Assembly: GCA_964016885.1 (NCBI GenBank)
Contig: CAXHJY010000347.1
Location: forward strand, 1-52,000
Reading direction: 5' to 3'
Origin: Eledone cirrhosa
Taxonomy: Eukaryota
DNA: 52,000 bases
Below, piece after piece: positions 25,301-38,119 of this stretch. A model generated the notes under the pieces. It saw nothing but the letters and a program-made list of their open reading frames with translations. It was not told the origin of the DNA and did not search any database. Numbering within the stretch: position 1 is the first letter of the stretch; each line of letters starts with the position of its first letter. The position numbers were made by a program, and so were the translations under genes.

Positions 25301-28300
25301 CTGTTGTTAGAACGAGTTTGATTTGATGATTCAACTGTTATTAAAACGCGTCAGTTCTTAAGGTTGAACTGTTGATAAAACGAGTCAGTTCTTAAGATTC
25401 AACAGATGTTAAAACGAGTTTTATCTTAAGATTCAACTGTTGTTAAAACGAGTCAGTTCTTAAGATTCAACTATTGTTAAAACGAGTTTTATCTTAACAT
25501 TCAACTGTTGTTAAAACGAGTCAGTTCTTAAGATTCAACTGTTGTTAAAACGAGTTTTATCTGAAGATTCAACTGTTGTTAAAATGAGTCAGTTCTTAAG
25601 TATCAACTGTTGTTAAAACGAGTTTCATCTTAAGATTCAACTGTTGTTAAAACGAGTCAGTTCTTAAGATTCAACTGTTGTTAAAACGAGTCAGTTCTTA
25701 AGATTCAATTGTTGTTAAAACGAGTTTTATTTGAAGATTCAACTGTTGTTAAAACGAGTCAGTTCTTAAGGTTGATCTGTTGATGAAACGAGTCAGTTCT
25801 TAAGATTCAACTGTTGTTAAAACGAGTTTTATCTTAAGATTCAACTGTTGTTAAAACGAATGTTATCTTAAGATTCAACTGTTGCTAAAATGAGTCAGTT
25901 CATAAGATTCAACTGTTGTTAAAACGAGTCAGTTCTTAAGATTCAACTATTGTTAAAACGAGTTTTAACTTAACATTCAACTGTCGTTAAAACGAGTCAG
26001 TTATTAAGATTTCACTGTTGTTAAAACGAGTCAGTTCTTAAGATACAACTGTTGTTAAAACGAGTCAGTTCTTAAGATTCAACTGTTGTTAAATCGAGTT
26101 TTATTTGAAGATTCAATTGTTGTTCAAACGAGTCAGTTCTTAAGGTTGAACTGTTGTTAAAACGAGTCAGTTGTTAAGATTCAACTATTGTTAAAACGAG
26201 TTTTATCTTAAGAATCAGCTGTTGTTAAAACGAGTCAGTTCTTAAGATTCAACTGTTGTTAAAACGAGTTTCATCTTAAGATTCAACTGTTGTTAAAACG
26301 AATCAGTTCTTAAGATTCAACTGTTGTTAAAACGAATGTTATCTTAAGATTCAACTGTTGTTAAAATGTGTCAGTTCATAAGATTCAACAGTTGTTAAAA
26401 CGAGACATTTCTTAAGTTTGAACTGTTGTTAAAACGAGTTTTATCTTAAGATTCAGCTGTTGTTAAACGAGTCAGTTCTCAAGATTCAACTGTTGTTAAA
26501 ACGAGTTTTATCTTAACATTCAACTGTTGTTAAAACGAGTCAGTTCTTAAGATTCAACTGTTGTTAAAACGAGTTTTATTTGAAGATTCAACTGTTGTTA
26601 AAACGAGTCAGTTCTTAAGGTTGAACTGTTGTTAAAACTAGTTTTATCTTAAGATTCAACTGTTGTTAACACGAGTCAGTTCTTAAGATTCAACTGTTGT
26701 TAAAAGAGTTTTATTTGAAGATTCAACTGTTGTTAAACGAGTCAGCTCTTAAGGTTGAACTGATGTTAAAACAAGTCAGTTCTTAAGATTCAACTGTTGT
26801 TAAAACGAGTTTGATTTGATGATTCAACTGTTGTTAAAACGAGTCAGTTCTTAAGGTTGAACTGTTGATAAAACGAGTCAGTTCTTAAGATTCAACTGTT
26901 GTTAAAACGAGTTTTATCTTAAGATTCAACTGTTGTTAAAACGAGTCAGTTCTTAAGATTCAACTGTTGTTAAAACGAGTTTTATCTTAAGAATCAGCTG
27001 TTGTTAAAACGAGTCAGTTCTTAGGATTCAACTGTTGTTAAAACGAGTCAGTTCTTAAGATTCAACTGTTGTTAAAACGAGTTGTATCTTAAGATTCAGC
27101 TGTTGTTAAAACGAGTCATTTCTTAAGATTCAACTGTTGTTAAAACGAGTTTTATCTTAAGATTCAACTGTTGTTAAAACGAGTCAGTTCTTAAGATTCA
27201 ACTATTGTTAAAACGAGTTTTATCTTAACATTCAACTGTTGTTAAAACGAGTCAGTTCTTAAGATTCAACTGTTGTTAAAACGAGTTTTATTTGAAGATT
27301 CAATTGTTGTTAAAACGAGTCAGTTCTTAAGATTCAACAGTTGTTAAAACGAGTTTTATCTTAAGATTCAACTGTTGTTAAAACGAGTCAGTTCTTAAGA
27401 TTCAACTATTGTTAAAACGAATTTTATCTTAACATTCAACTGTTGTTAAAACGAGTCAGTTATTAAGATTCAACTGTTGCTAAAACGAGTCAGTTCTTGA
27501 GATTCAACTATTCTTAAAACGAGTTTTATTTTAAGATTCAACTGTTGTTAAAACGAGTCAGATCTAACGATTAATCTGTTGTTAAAACGAGGTTTATCTT
27601 AAGATTCAACTGTTGTTAAAACGAGACAGTTCTTAAGATTCAACTGTTGTTAAAACGGGTTTTGTCTTAAGATTCAACTGTTGTTAAAACGAGTCAGTTC
27701 TTAAGATTCAACTGCTCTTAAAACGAGTTTTATTTGAACATTCAACTGTTGTTAAAACGAGTCAGTTCTTAAGATTCAACTATTGTTAAAACGAGTTTTA
27801 TCTTAACATTCAACTGTTGTTAAAACGAGTCAGTTATTAAGATTTAACTGTTGTTAAAACGAGTTTTATCTTAAGATTCAGCTGTTGTTAAAACGAGTCT
27901 GTTCTTAAGATTCAACAGTTGTTAAAACGAGTTTTATCTTAAGATTCAACTGTTGTTAAAACGAGTCAGTTCTTAAGATTCAACTATTGTTAAAACGAGT
28001 TTTATATTAACATTCAACTGTCGTTAAAACGAGTCAGTTATTAAGATTTAACTGTTGTTAAAACGAGTCAGTTCTTAAGATTCAACTGTTGTTAAAACGA
28101 GTCAGTTCTTAAGATTCAACTGTTGTTAAAACGAGTTTTATTTGAACATTCAACTGTTGTTAAAACGAGTCAGTTCTCACGGTTGAACTGTTGATAAAAC
28201 AAGTCAGTTCTTAAGATTCAACTGTTGTTAAAACGAGTTTTATCTTAAGATTCAGCTGTTGTTAAAACGAGTCAGTTCTTAAGATTCAACTGTTGTTAAA

Positions 28301-29519
28301 ACGAGTTTTATCTTAAGATTCAACTGTTGTTAAAACGAGTCATTTCTTAAGATTCAACTGTTGTGAAAACGAGTTTTATTTGAAGATTCAACTGTTGTTA
28401 AAACGAGTCAGTTCTTACGGTTGAACTGTTGATAAAACAAGTCGGTTCTTAAGATACAACTGTTGTTAAAACGAGTTTTATCTTAAGATTCAGCTGTTGT
28501 TAAATCGAGTCAGTTCTTAAGATTCAACTGTTGTTAAAACGAGTTTTATCTTAAGATTCAACTGTTGTTAAAACGAGTCAGTTCTTAAGATTCAACTATT
28601 GTTAAAACGAGTTTTATCTTAACATTCAACTGTTGTTAAAAAGAGTCAGTTCTTAAGATTCAACTGTTGTTAAAACGAGTTTTATCTCAAGATTCAACTG
28701 TTGTTAAAATGAGTCAGTTCTTAAGATTCAACTGTTGTTAAAACGAGTTTTATCTTAAGATTCAACTGTTGTTAAAACGAGTCAGTTCTTAAGATTCAAC
28801 TGTTGTTAAATCGAGTTTTATTTGAAGATTCAACTGTTGTTAAAACGAGTCAGTTCTTAAGATTCAACTGTTGTTAAAACGAGATTTATTTGAAGATTCA
28901 GCTGTTGTTAAAACGAGTCAGTTCTTAAGATCCAACTGTTGTTAAAACGAGTTATATCTTAAGATTCAGCAGTTTTTCAAACGAGTCAGTTCTTAAGATT
29001 CAACTGTTGTTAAAACGAGTTTTATTTGAAGATTCAACTGTTGTTAAACGAGTCAGCTCTAAAGGTTGAACTGATGTTAAAACGAGTCAGTTCTTAAGAT
29101 TCAACTGTTGTTAAAACGAGTTTTATCTTAAGATTCAGCTGTTGTTAAAACGAGTCAGTTCTTAAGATTCCACTGTTGTTAAAACGAGTCAGTTCTTAAG
29201 GTTGAACTGATGTTAAAACGAGTCAGTTCTTAAGATTCAACTGTTGTTAAAACGAGTTTTATCTTAAGATTCAGTTGTTGTTAAAACGAGTCAGTTCTTA
29301 AGATTCAACTGTTGTTAAAACGAGTCAGTTCTTAAGATTCAACTGTTGTTAAAACGAGTCAGTTCTTAAGATTCAACTGTTGTTAAAACGAGTTTTTTTT
29401 GAAGATTCAACTGTTGTTAAAACGAGTCAGTTCTTAAGATTCAACTGTTGTTAAAACGAGTTTTATTTGAAGATTCAACTGTTGTTAAAATGAGTCAGTT
29501 CTTAAGATTCAACAGTTGT

Positions 29520-32500
29520 TAAAACGAGTTTTATCTTAACATTCAACTGTTGTTAAAACGAGTCAGTTATTAAGATTCAACTGTTGCTAAAACGAGTCAG
29601 TTCTTGAGATTCAACTATTGTTAAAACGAGTTTTATTTTAAGATTCAACTGTTGTTAAAACGAGTCAGATCTAACGATTCAACTGTTTTAAAACGAGTCA
29701 GTTCTTGAGGCTGAACTGTTGTTAGAACAAGTCAGTTCTTAAGATTCAACTGTTGTTAAAACGAGTTTTGTCTTAAGATTCAACTGTTGTTAAAACGAGT
29801 CAGTTCTTAAGATTAATCTGTTGTTAAAACGAGGTTTATCTTAAGATTCAACTGTTGTTAAAACGAGACAGTTCTTAAGATTCAACTGTTGTTAAAACGG
29901 GTTTTGTCTTAAGATTCAACTGTTGTTAAAACGAGTCAGTTCTTAAGATTCAACTGTTGTTAAAGCGAGTTTTATCTTTAAGATTCAACTGTTGTTAAAA
30001 CAAGTTTTATCTTAAGATTCAGCTGTCGTTAAAACGAGTCAGTTCTTAAGATTCATCTGTTGTTAAAACGAGTCTTAACTTAAGATTCAACTGTTGTTAA
30101 AATGAGTTAGCTCATAAGATTCAACTGTTGTTAAAACGAGTTTTATCTTAAGATTCAACTGTTGTTAAAACGAGTCAGTTCTTAAGATTCAACTGTTGTT
30201 AAAACGAGTCAGTTCTTAAGATTCAATTGTTGTTAAAACGAGTTTTATTTGAAGATTCAACTGTTGTTAAAACGAGTCAGTTCTTAAGGTTGATCTGTTG
30301 ATGAAACGAGTCAGTTCTTAAGATTCAACTGTTGTTAAAACGAGTTTTATCTTAAGATTCAACTGTAGTTAAAACGAATGTTATCTTAAGATTCAACTGT
30401 TGCTAAAATGAGTCAGTTCATAAGATTCAACTGTTGTTAAAACGAGTCAGTTCTTAAGATTCAACTATTGTTAAAACGAGGTTTAACTTAACATTCAACT
30501 GTTGTTAAAACGAGTCAGTTATTAAGATTTAACTGTTGTTAAAACGAGTCAGTTCTTAAGATTCAACTGTTGTTAAAACGAGTCAGTTCTTAAGATTCAA
30601 CTGTTGTTAAATCGAGTTTTATTTGAAGATTCAACTGTTGTTAAAACGAGTCAGTTCTTAAGGTTGAACTGTTGTTAAAACGAGTCAGTTGTTAAGATTC
30701 AACTATTGTTAAAACGAGTTTTCTCTTAAGAATCAGCTGTTGTTAAAACGAGTCAGTTCTTAAGATTCAACTGTTGTTAAAACGAGTTTCATCTTAAGAT
30801 TCAACTGTTGTTAAAACGAATCAGTTCTTAAGATTCAACTGTTGTTAAAACGAATGTTATCTTAAGATTCAACTGTTGTTAACATGTGTCAGTTCATAAG
30901 ATTCAACAGTTGTTAAAACGAGACATTTCTTAAGTTTGAACTGTTGTTAAAACGAGTTTTATCTTAAGATTCAGCTGATGTTAAACGAGTCAGTTCTTAA
31001 GATTCAACTGTTGTTAAAACGAGTTTTATCTTAACATTCAACTGTTGTTAAAACGAGTCAGTTCTTAAGATTCAACTGTTGTTAAAACGAGTCAGTTCTT
31101 AAGGTTGAACTGTTGTTAAAACTAGTTTTATCTGAAGATTCAACTGTTGTTAACACGAGTCAGTTCTTAAGATTCAACTGTTGTTAAAAGAGTTTTATTT
31201 GAAGATTCAACTGTTGTTAAACGAGTCAGCTCTTAAGGTTGAACTGATGTTAAAACGAGTCAGTTCTTAAGATTCAACTGTTGTTAAAACGAGTTTGATT
31301 TGATGATTCAACTGTTGTTAAAACGAGTCAGTTCTTAAGGTTGAACTGTTGATAAAACGAGTCAGTTCTTAAGATTCAACTGTTGTTAAAACGAGTTTTA
31401 TCTTAAGATTCAACTGTTGTTTAAACGAGTCAGTTCTTAAGATTCAACTGTTGTTAAAACGAGTTTTATCTTAAGATTCAACTGTTGTTAAAACGAGTCA
31501 GTTCTTAAGATTCAACTATTGTTAAAACGAGTTTTATCTTAACATTCAACTGTTGTTAAAACGAGTCAGTTCTTAAGATTCAACTGTTGTTAAAACGAGT
31601 TTTATTTGAAGATTCAACTGTTGTTAAAACGAGTCAGTTCTTAAGATTCAACAGTTGTTAAAACGAGTTTTATCTTAAGATTCAACTGTTGTTAAAACGA
31701 GTTAGTTCTTAAGATTCAACTATTGTTAAAACGAGTTTTATCTTAACATTCAACTGTTGTTAAAACGAGTCAGTTATTAAGATTCAACTGTTGCTAAAAC
31801 GAGTCAGTTCTTGAGATTCAACTATTGTTAAAACGAGTTTTATTTTAAGATTCAACTGTTGTTAAAACGAGTCAGATCTAACGATTCAACTGTTTTAAAA
31901 CGAGTCAGTTCTTGAGGCTGAACTGTTGTTAGAACAAGTCAGTTCTTAAGATTCAACTGTTGTTAAAACGAGTTTTGTCTTAAGATTCAACTGTTGTTAA
32001 AACGAGTCAGTTCTTAAGATTAATCTGTTGTTAAAACGAGGTTTATCTTAAGATTCAACTGTTGTTAAAATGAGACAGTTCTTACGATTCAACTGTTGTT
32101 AAAACGGGTTTTGTCTTAAGATTCAACTGTTGTTAAAACGAGTCAGTTCTTAAGATTCAACTGTTGTTAAAGCGAGTTTTATCTTTAAGATTCAACTGTT
32201 GTTAAAACAAGTTTTATCTTAAGATTCAGCTGTTGTTAAAACGAGTCAGTTCTTAAGATTCAACTGTTGTTAAATCGAGTCTTAACTTAAGATTCAACTG
32301 TTGTTAAAATGAGTTAGCTCATAAGATTCAACTGTTGTTAAAACGAGTTTTATCTTAAGATTCAACTGTTGTTAAAAGGAGTCAGTTCTTAAGATTCAAC
32401 TGTTGTTAAAACGAGTCAGTTCTTAAGATTCAATTGTTGTTAAAACGAGTTTTATTTGAAGATTCAACTGTTGTTAAAACGAGTCAGTTCTTAAGGTTGA

Positions 32501-33684
32501 TCTGTTGATGAAACGAGTCAGTTCTTAAGATTCAACTGTTGTTAAAACGAGTTTTATCTTAAGATTCAACTGTAGTTAAAACGAATGTTATCTTAAGATT
32601 CAACTGTTGCTAAAATGAGTCAGTTCATAAGATTCAACTGTTGTTAAAACGAGTCAGTTCTTAAGATTCAACTATTGTTAAAACGAGGTTTAACTTAACA
32701 TTCAACTGTTGTTAAAACGAGTCAGTTATTAAGATTTAACTCTTGTTAAAACGAGTCAGTTCTTAAGATTCAACTGTTGTTAAAACGAGTCAGTTCTTAA
32801 GATTCAACTGTTGTTAAATCGAGTTTTATTTGAAGATTCAACTGTTGTTAAAACGAGTCAGTTCTTAAGGTTGAACTGTTGTTAAAACGAGTCAGTTGTT
32901 AAGATTCAACTATTGTTAAAACGAGTTTTCTCTTAAGAATCAGCTGTTGTTAAAACGAGTCAGTTCTTAAGATTCAACTGTTGTTAAAACGAGTTTCATC
33001 TTAAGATTCAACTGTTGTTAAAACGAATCAGTTCTTAAGATTCAACTGTTGTTAAAACGAATGTTATCTTAAGATTCAACTGTTGTTAAAATGTGTCAGT
33101 TCATAAGATTCAACAGTTGTTAAAACGAGACATTTCTTAAGTTTGAACTGTTGTTAAAACGAGTTTTATCTTAAGATTCAGCTGATGTTAAACGAGTCAG
33201 TTCTTAAGATTCAACTGTTGTTAAAACGAGTTTTATCTTAACATTCAACTGTTGTTAAAACGAGTCAGTTCTTAAGATTCAACTGTTGTTAAAACGAGTC
33301 AGTTCTTAAGGTTGAACTGTTGTTAAAACTAGTTTTATCTTAAGATTCAACTGTTGTTAACACGAGTCAGTTCTTAAGATTCAACTGTTGTTAAAAGAGT
33401 TTTATTTGAAGATTCAACTGTTGTTAAACGAGTCAGCTCTTAAGGTTGAACTGATGTTAAAACGAGTCAGTTCTTAAGATTCAACTGTTGTTAAAACGAG
33501 TTTGATTTGATGATTCAACTGTTGTTAAAACGAGTCAGTTCTTAAGGTTGAACTGTTGATAAAACGAGTCAGTTCTTAAGATTCAACTGTTGTTAAAACG
33601 AGTTTTATCTTAAGATTCAACTGTTGTTTAAACGAGTCAGTTCTTAAGATTCAACTGTTGTTAAAACGAGTTTTATCTTAAGAA
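29520..33684. repeat. Block duplication, offset 2207 bp (65 monomers), 2 copies with a few substitutions
   Basis: GATCTAACG 29668/31875, TGATCTG 30291/32498, TGTAGTT 30364/32571. Confidence 0.9.
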
Positions 33685-36600
33685 TCAGCTGTTGTTAAAA
33701 CGAGTCAGTTCTTAGGATTCAACTGTTGTTAAAACGAGTTTTATCTTAACATTCAACTGTTGATAAAACGAGTCAGTTGTTAAGATTCAACTGTTGTTAA
33801 AACGAGTCAGTTCTTAAGGTTGAACTGTTGTTAAAACTAGTTTTATCTTAAGATTCAACTGTTGTTAACACGAGTCAGTTCTTAAGATTCAACTGTTGTT
33901 TAAAGAGTTTCATTTGAAGATTCAACTGTTGTTAAACGAGTCAGCTCTTAAGGTTGAACTGATGTTAAAACGAGTCAGTTCTTAGGATTCAACTGTTGTT
34001 AAAACGAGTTTTATCTTAAGATTCAGCTGTTGTTAAAACGAGTCAGTTCTTAAGATTCAACTGTTGTTAAAACGAGTTTTATCTTAACATTCAACTGTTG
34101 TTAATACGAGTCAGTTCTTAAGATTCAACTGTTGTTAAAACGAGTTTTATTTGAAGATTCAACTGTTGTTAAAACGAGTCAGTTCTTAAGGTTGAACTGT
34201 TGATGAAACGAGTCAGTTCTTAAGATTCAACTGTTGTTAAAACGAGTTTTATCTTAAGATTCAACTGTTGTTAAAACGAGTCAGTTCTTAAGATACAACT
34301 ATTGTTAAAACGAGTTTTATCTTAACATTCAACTGTTGTTAAAACGAGACAGTTCTTAATATTCAACTGTTGTTAAAACGGGTTTTGTCTTAAGATTCAA
34401 CTGTTGTTAAAACGAGTCAGTTCTTAAGATTCAACTGTTGTTAAAGCGAGTTTTATCTTTAAGATTCAACTGTTGTTAAAACGAGATTTATCTTAAGATT
34501 CAACTGTTGTTAAAACGAGTCAGTTCTTAAGATACAACTATTGTTAAAACGAGTTTTATCTTAACATTCAACTTTTGTTAAAACGAGACAGTTCTTAATA
34601 TTCAACTGTTGTTAAAACGAATGTTATCTTAAGATTCAACTGTTGTTAAAATGAGTCAGTTCATAAGATTCAACTGTTGTTAAAACGAATCAGTTCTTAA
34701 GTTTGAACTGTTGTTAAAACGAATCAGTTCTGAAGATTCAACTGTTGTTAAAACGAGTTTTATCTTAAGATTCAGCTGTTGTTAAAAGGAGTCCGTTCTT
34801 AAGATTCAACTGTTGTTAAAACGAGTTTTATCTTAAGATTCAACTGTTGTTAAAACGAATCAGTTCTTAAGATTCAACTGTTGTTAAAACGAATGTTATA
34901 TTAAGATTCAACTGTTGTTAAAATGAGTGAGTTCATAATATTCAACTTTTGTTAAAACGAGTCATTTCTTAAGTTTGAACTGTTGTTAAAACGAGTTTTA
35001 TCTTAAGATTCAGCTGTTGTTAAAACGAGTCATTTCTTAAGATTCAACTGTTGTTAAAACGAGTTTTATCTTAAGATTCAACTGTTGTTAAAACGAGTCA
35101 GTTCTTAAGATTCAACTATTGTTAAAACGAGTTTTATCTTAACATTCAACTGTTGTTAAAACGAGTCAGTTCTTAAGATTCAACTGTTGTTAAAACGAGT
35201 TTTATTTGAAGATTCAATTGTTGTTAAAACGAGTCAGTTCTTAAGATTCAACAGTTGTTAAAACGAGTTTTATCTTAAGATTCAACTGTTGTTAAAACGA
35301 ATCAGTTCTTAAGATTCAACTATTGTTAAAACGAGTTTTATCTTAACATTCAACTGTTGTTAAAACGAGTCAGTTATTAAGATTCAACTGTTGCTAAAAC
35401 GAGTCAGTTCTTGAGATTCAACTATTGTTAAAACGAGTTTTATTTTAAGATTCAACTGTTGTTAAAACGAGTCAGATCTAACGATTCAACTGTTTTAAAA
35501 CGAGTCAGTTCTTGAGGCTGAACTGTTGTTAGAACAAGTCAGTTCTTAAGATTCAACTGTTGTTAAAACGAGTTTTGTCTTAAGATTCAACTGTTGTTAA
35601 AACGAGTCAGTTCTTAAGATTAATCTGTTGTTAAAACGAGGTTTATCTTAGGATTCAACTGTTGTTAAAACGAGACAGTTCTTAAGATTCAACTGTTGTT
35701 AAAACGGGTTTTGTCTTAAGATTCAACTGTTGTTAAAACGAGTCAGTTCTTAAGATTCAACTGTTGTTAAAGCGAGTTTTATCTTTAAGATTCAACTGTT
35801 GTTAAAACAAGTTTTATCTTAAGATTCAGCTGTCGTTAAAACGAGTCAGTTCTTAAGATTCAACTGTTGTTAAAACGAGTCTTAACTTAAGATTCAACTG
35901 TTGTTAAAATGAGTTAGCTCATAAGATTCAACTGTTGTTAAAACGAGTTTTATCTTAAGATTCAACTGCTGTTAAAACAAGTCAGTACTTAAGTTTCAAC
36001 TGTTGTTAAAACGAGTTTTATCTTAAGATTCAACTGTTGTTAAAACGAGTTTAATCTTAAGATTCAGCTGTTGTTAAAACGAGTCAGTTCTTAAGATTCA
36101 CCTGTTGTTAAAACGAGTTTTATCTTAAGATTCAGCTGTTGTTAAAACGAGTCAGTTCTTAAGATTCAACTGTTGTTAAAACGAGTCTTAACTTAAGATT
36201 CAACTGTTGTTAAAATGAGTTAGCTCATAAGATTCAACTGTTGTTAAAACGAGTTTTATCTTAAGATTCAACTGTTGTTAAAACGAGTCAGTTCTTAAGA
36301 TTCAACTGTTGTTAAAACGAGTTTTATCCTAAGATTCAACTGTTGTTAAAACGAGTTTTATCTTAAGATTCAGCTGTTGTTAAATCGAGTCAGTTCTTAA
36401 GATTCAACTGTTGTTAAAACGAGTTTTATCTTAAGATTCAGCTGTTGTTAAAACGAGTCAGTTCTTAAGATTCAACTGTTGTTAAAACGAGTTTTATCTT
36501 AAGATTCAACTGTTGTTAAAACGAATCAGTTTTTAAGATTCAACTGTTGTTAAAATGAGTCAGTTCATAAGATTCAACTGTTGTTAAAACGAGTCATTTC

Positions 36601-38119
36601 TTAAGTTTGAACTGTTGTTAAAACGAGTTTTATCTTAAGATTCAGCTGTCGTTAAAACGAGTCAGTTCTTAAGATTCAACTGTTGTTAAAACGAGTTTTA
36701 TCTTAAGATTCAACTGTTGTTAGAACGAGTTTTATCTTAAGATTCAGCTGTTGTTAAAACGAGTCAGTTCTTAAGATTCAACTGTTGTCGAAACGAGTTT
36801 TATCTTTAAGATTCAACTGTTGTTAAAACGAGTCAGTTCTTAAGATTCAACTGTTGTTAAAACGAATGTTATCTTAAGATTCAACTGTTGTTAAAATGAG
36901 TCAGTTCATAAGATTCAACTGTTGTTAAAACGAGTCAGTTCTTAAGTTTGAACTGTTGTTAAAACGAATCAGTACTTAAGATTGAACTGTTGTTAAAACG
37001 AGTTTTATCTTAAGATTCAGGTGTTGTTAAAACGAGTCCGTTCTTAAGATTCAACTGTTGTTAAAACGAGTTTTATCTTAAGATTCAACTGTTGTTAAAA
37101 CGAATCAGTTCTTAAGATTCAACTGTTGTTAAAACGAGTCAGTTCTTATGATTCAATTGTTGTTAAAACGAGTTTTATTTGAAGATTCAACTGTTGTTAA
37201 AACGAGTCAGTTCTTAAGGTTGATCTGTTGATGAAACGAGTCAGTTCTTAAGATTCAACTGTTGTTAAAACGAGTTTTATCTTAAGATTCAACTGTTGTT
37301 AAAACGAATGTTATCTTAAGATTCAACTGTTGCTAAAATGAGTCAGTTCATAAGATTCAACTGTTGTTAAAACGAGTCAGTTCTTAAGATTCAACTATTG
37401 TTAAAACGAGTTTTAACTTAACATTCAACTGTTGTTAAAACGAGTCAGTTATTAAGATTTAACTGTTGTTAAAACGAGTCAGTTCTTAAGATTCAACTCT
37501 TGTTAAAACGAGTCAGTTCTTAAGATTCAACTGTTGTTAAATCGAGTTTTATTTGAAGATTCAATTGTTGTTAAAACGAGTCAGTTCTTAAGGTTGAACT
37601 GTTGTTAAAACGATTCAGTTGTTAAGATTCAACTTTTGTTAAAACGAGTTTTATCTTAAGAATCAGCTGTTGTTAAAACGAGTCAGTTCTTAAGATTCAA
37701 CTGTTGTTAAAACGAGTTTCATCTTAAGATTCAACTGTTGTTAAAATGTGTCAGTTCATAAGATTCAACAGTTGTTAAAACGAGACATTTCTTAAGTTTG
37801 AACTGTTGTTAAAACGAGTTTTATCTTAAGATTCAGCTGTTGTTAAACGAGTCAGTTCTTAAGATTCAACTGTTGTTAAAACGAGTTTTATCTTAACATT
37901 CAACTGTTGTTAAACCGAGTCAGTTCTTAAGATTCAACTGTTGTTAAAACGAGTTTTATTTGAAGATACAACTGTTGTTAAAACGAGTCAGTTCTTAAGG
38001 TTGAACTGTTGTTAAAACTAGTTTTATCTTAAGATTCAACTGTTGCTAAAATGAGTCAGTTCTTAAGATTCAACTGTTGTTAAAACGAGTTTGATTTGAT
38101 GATTCAACTGTTGTTAAAA

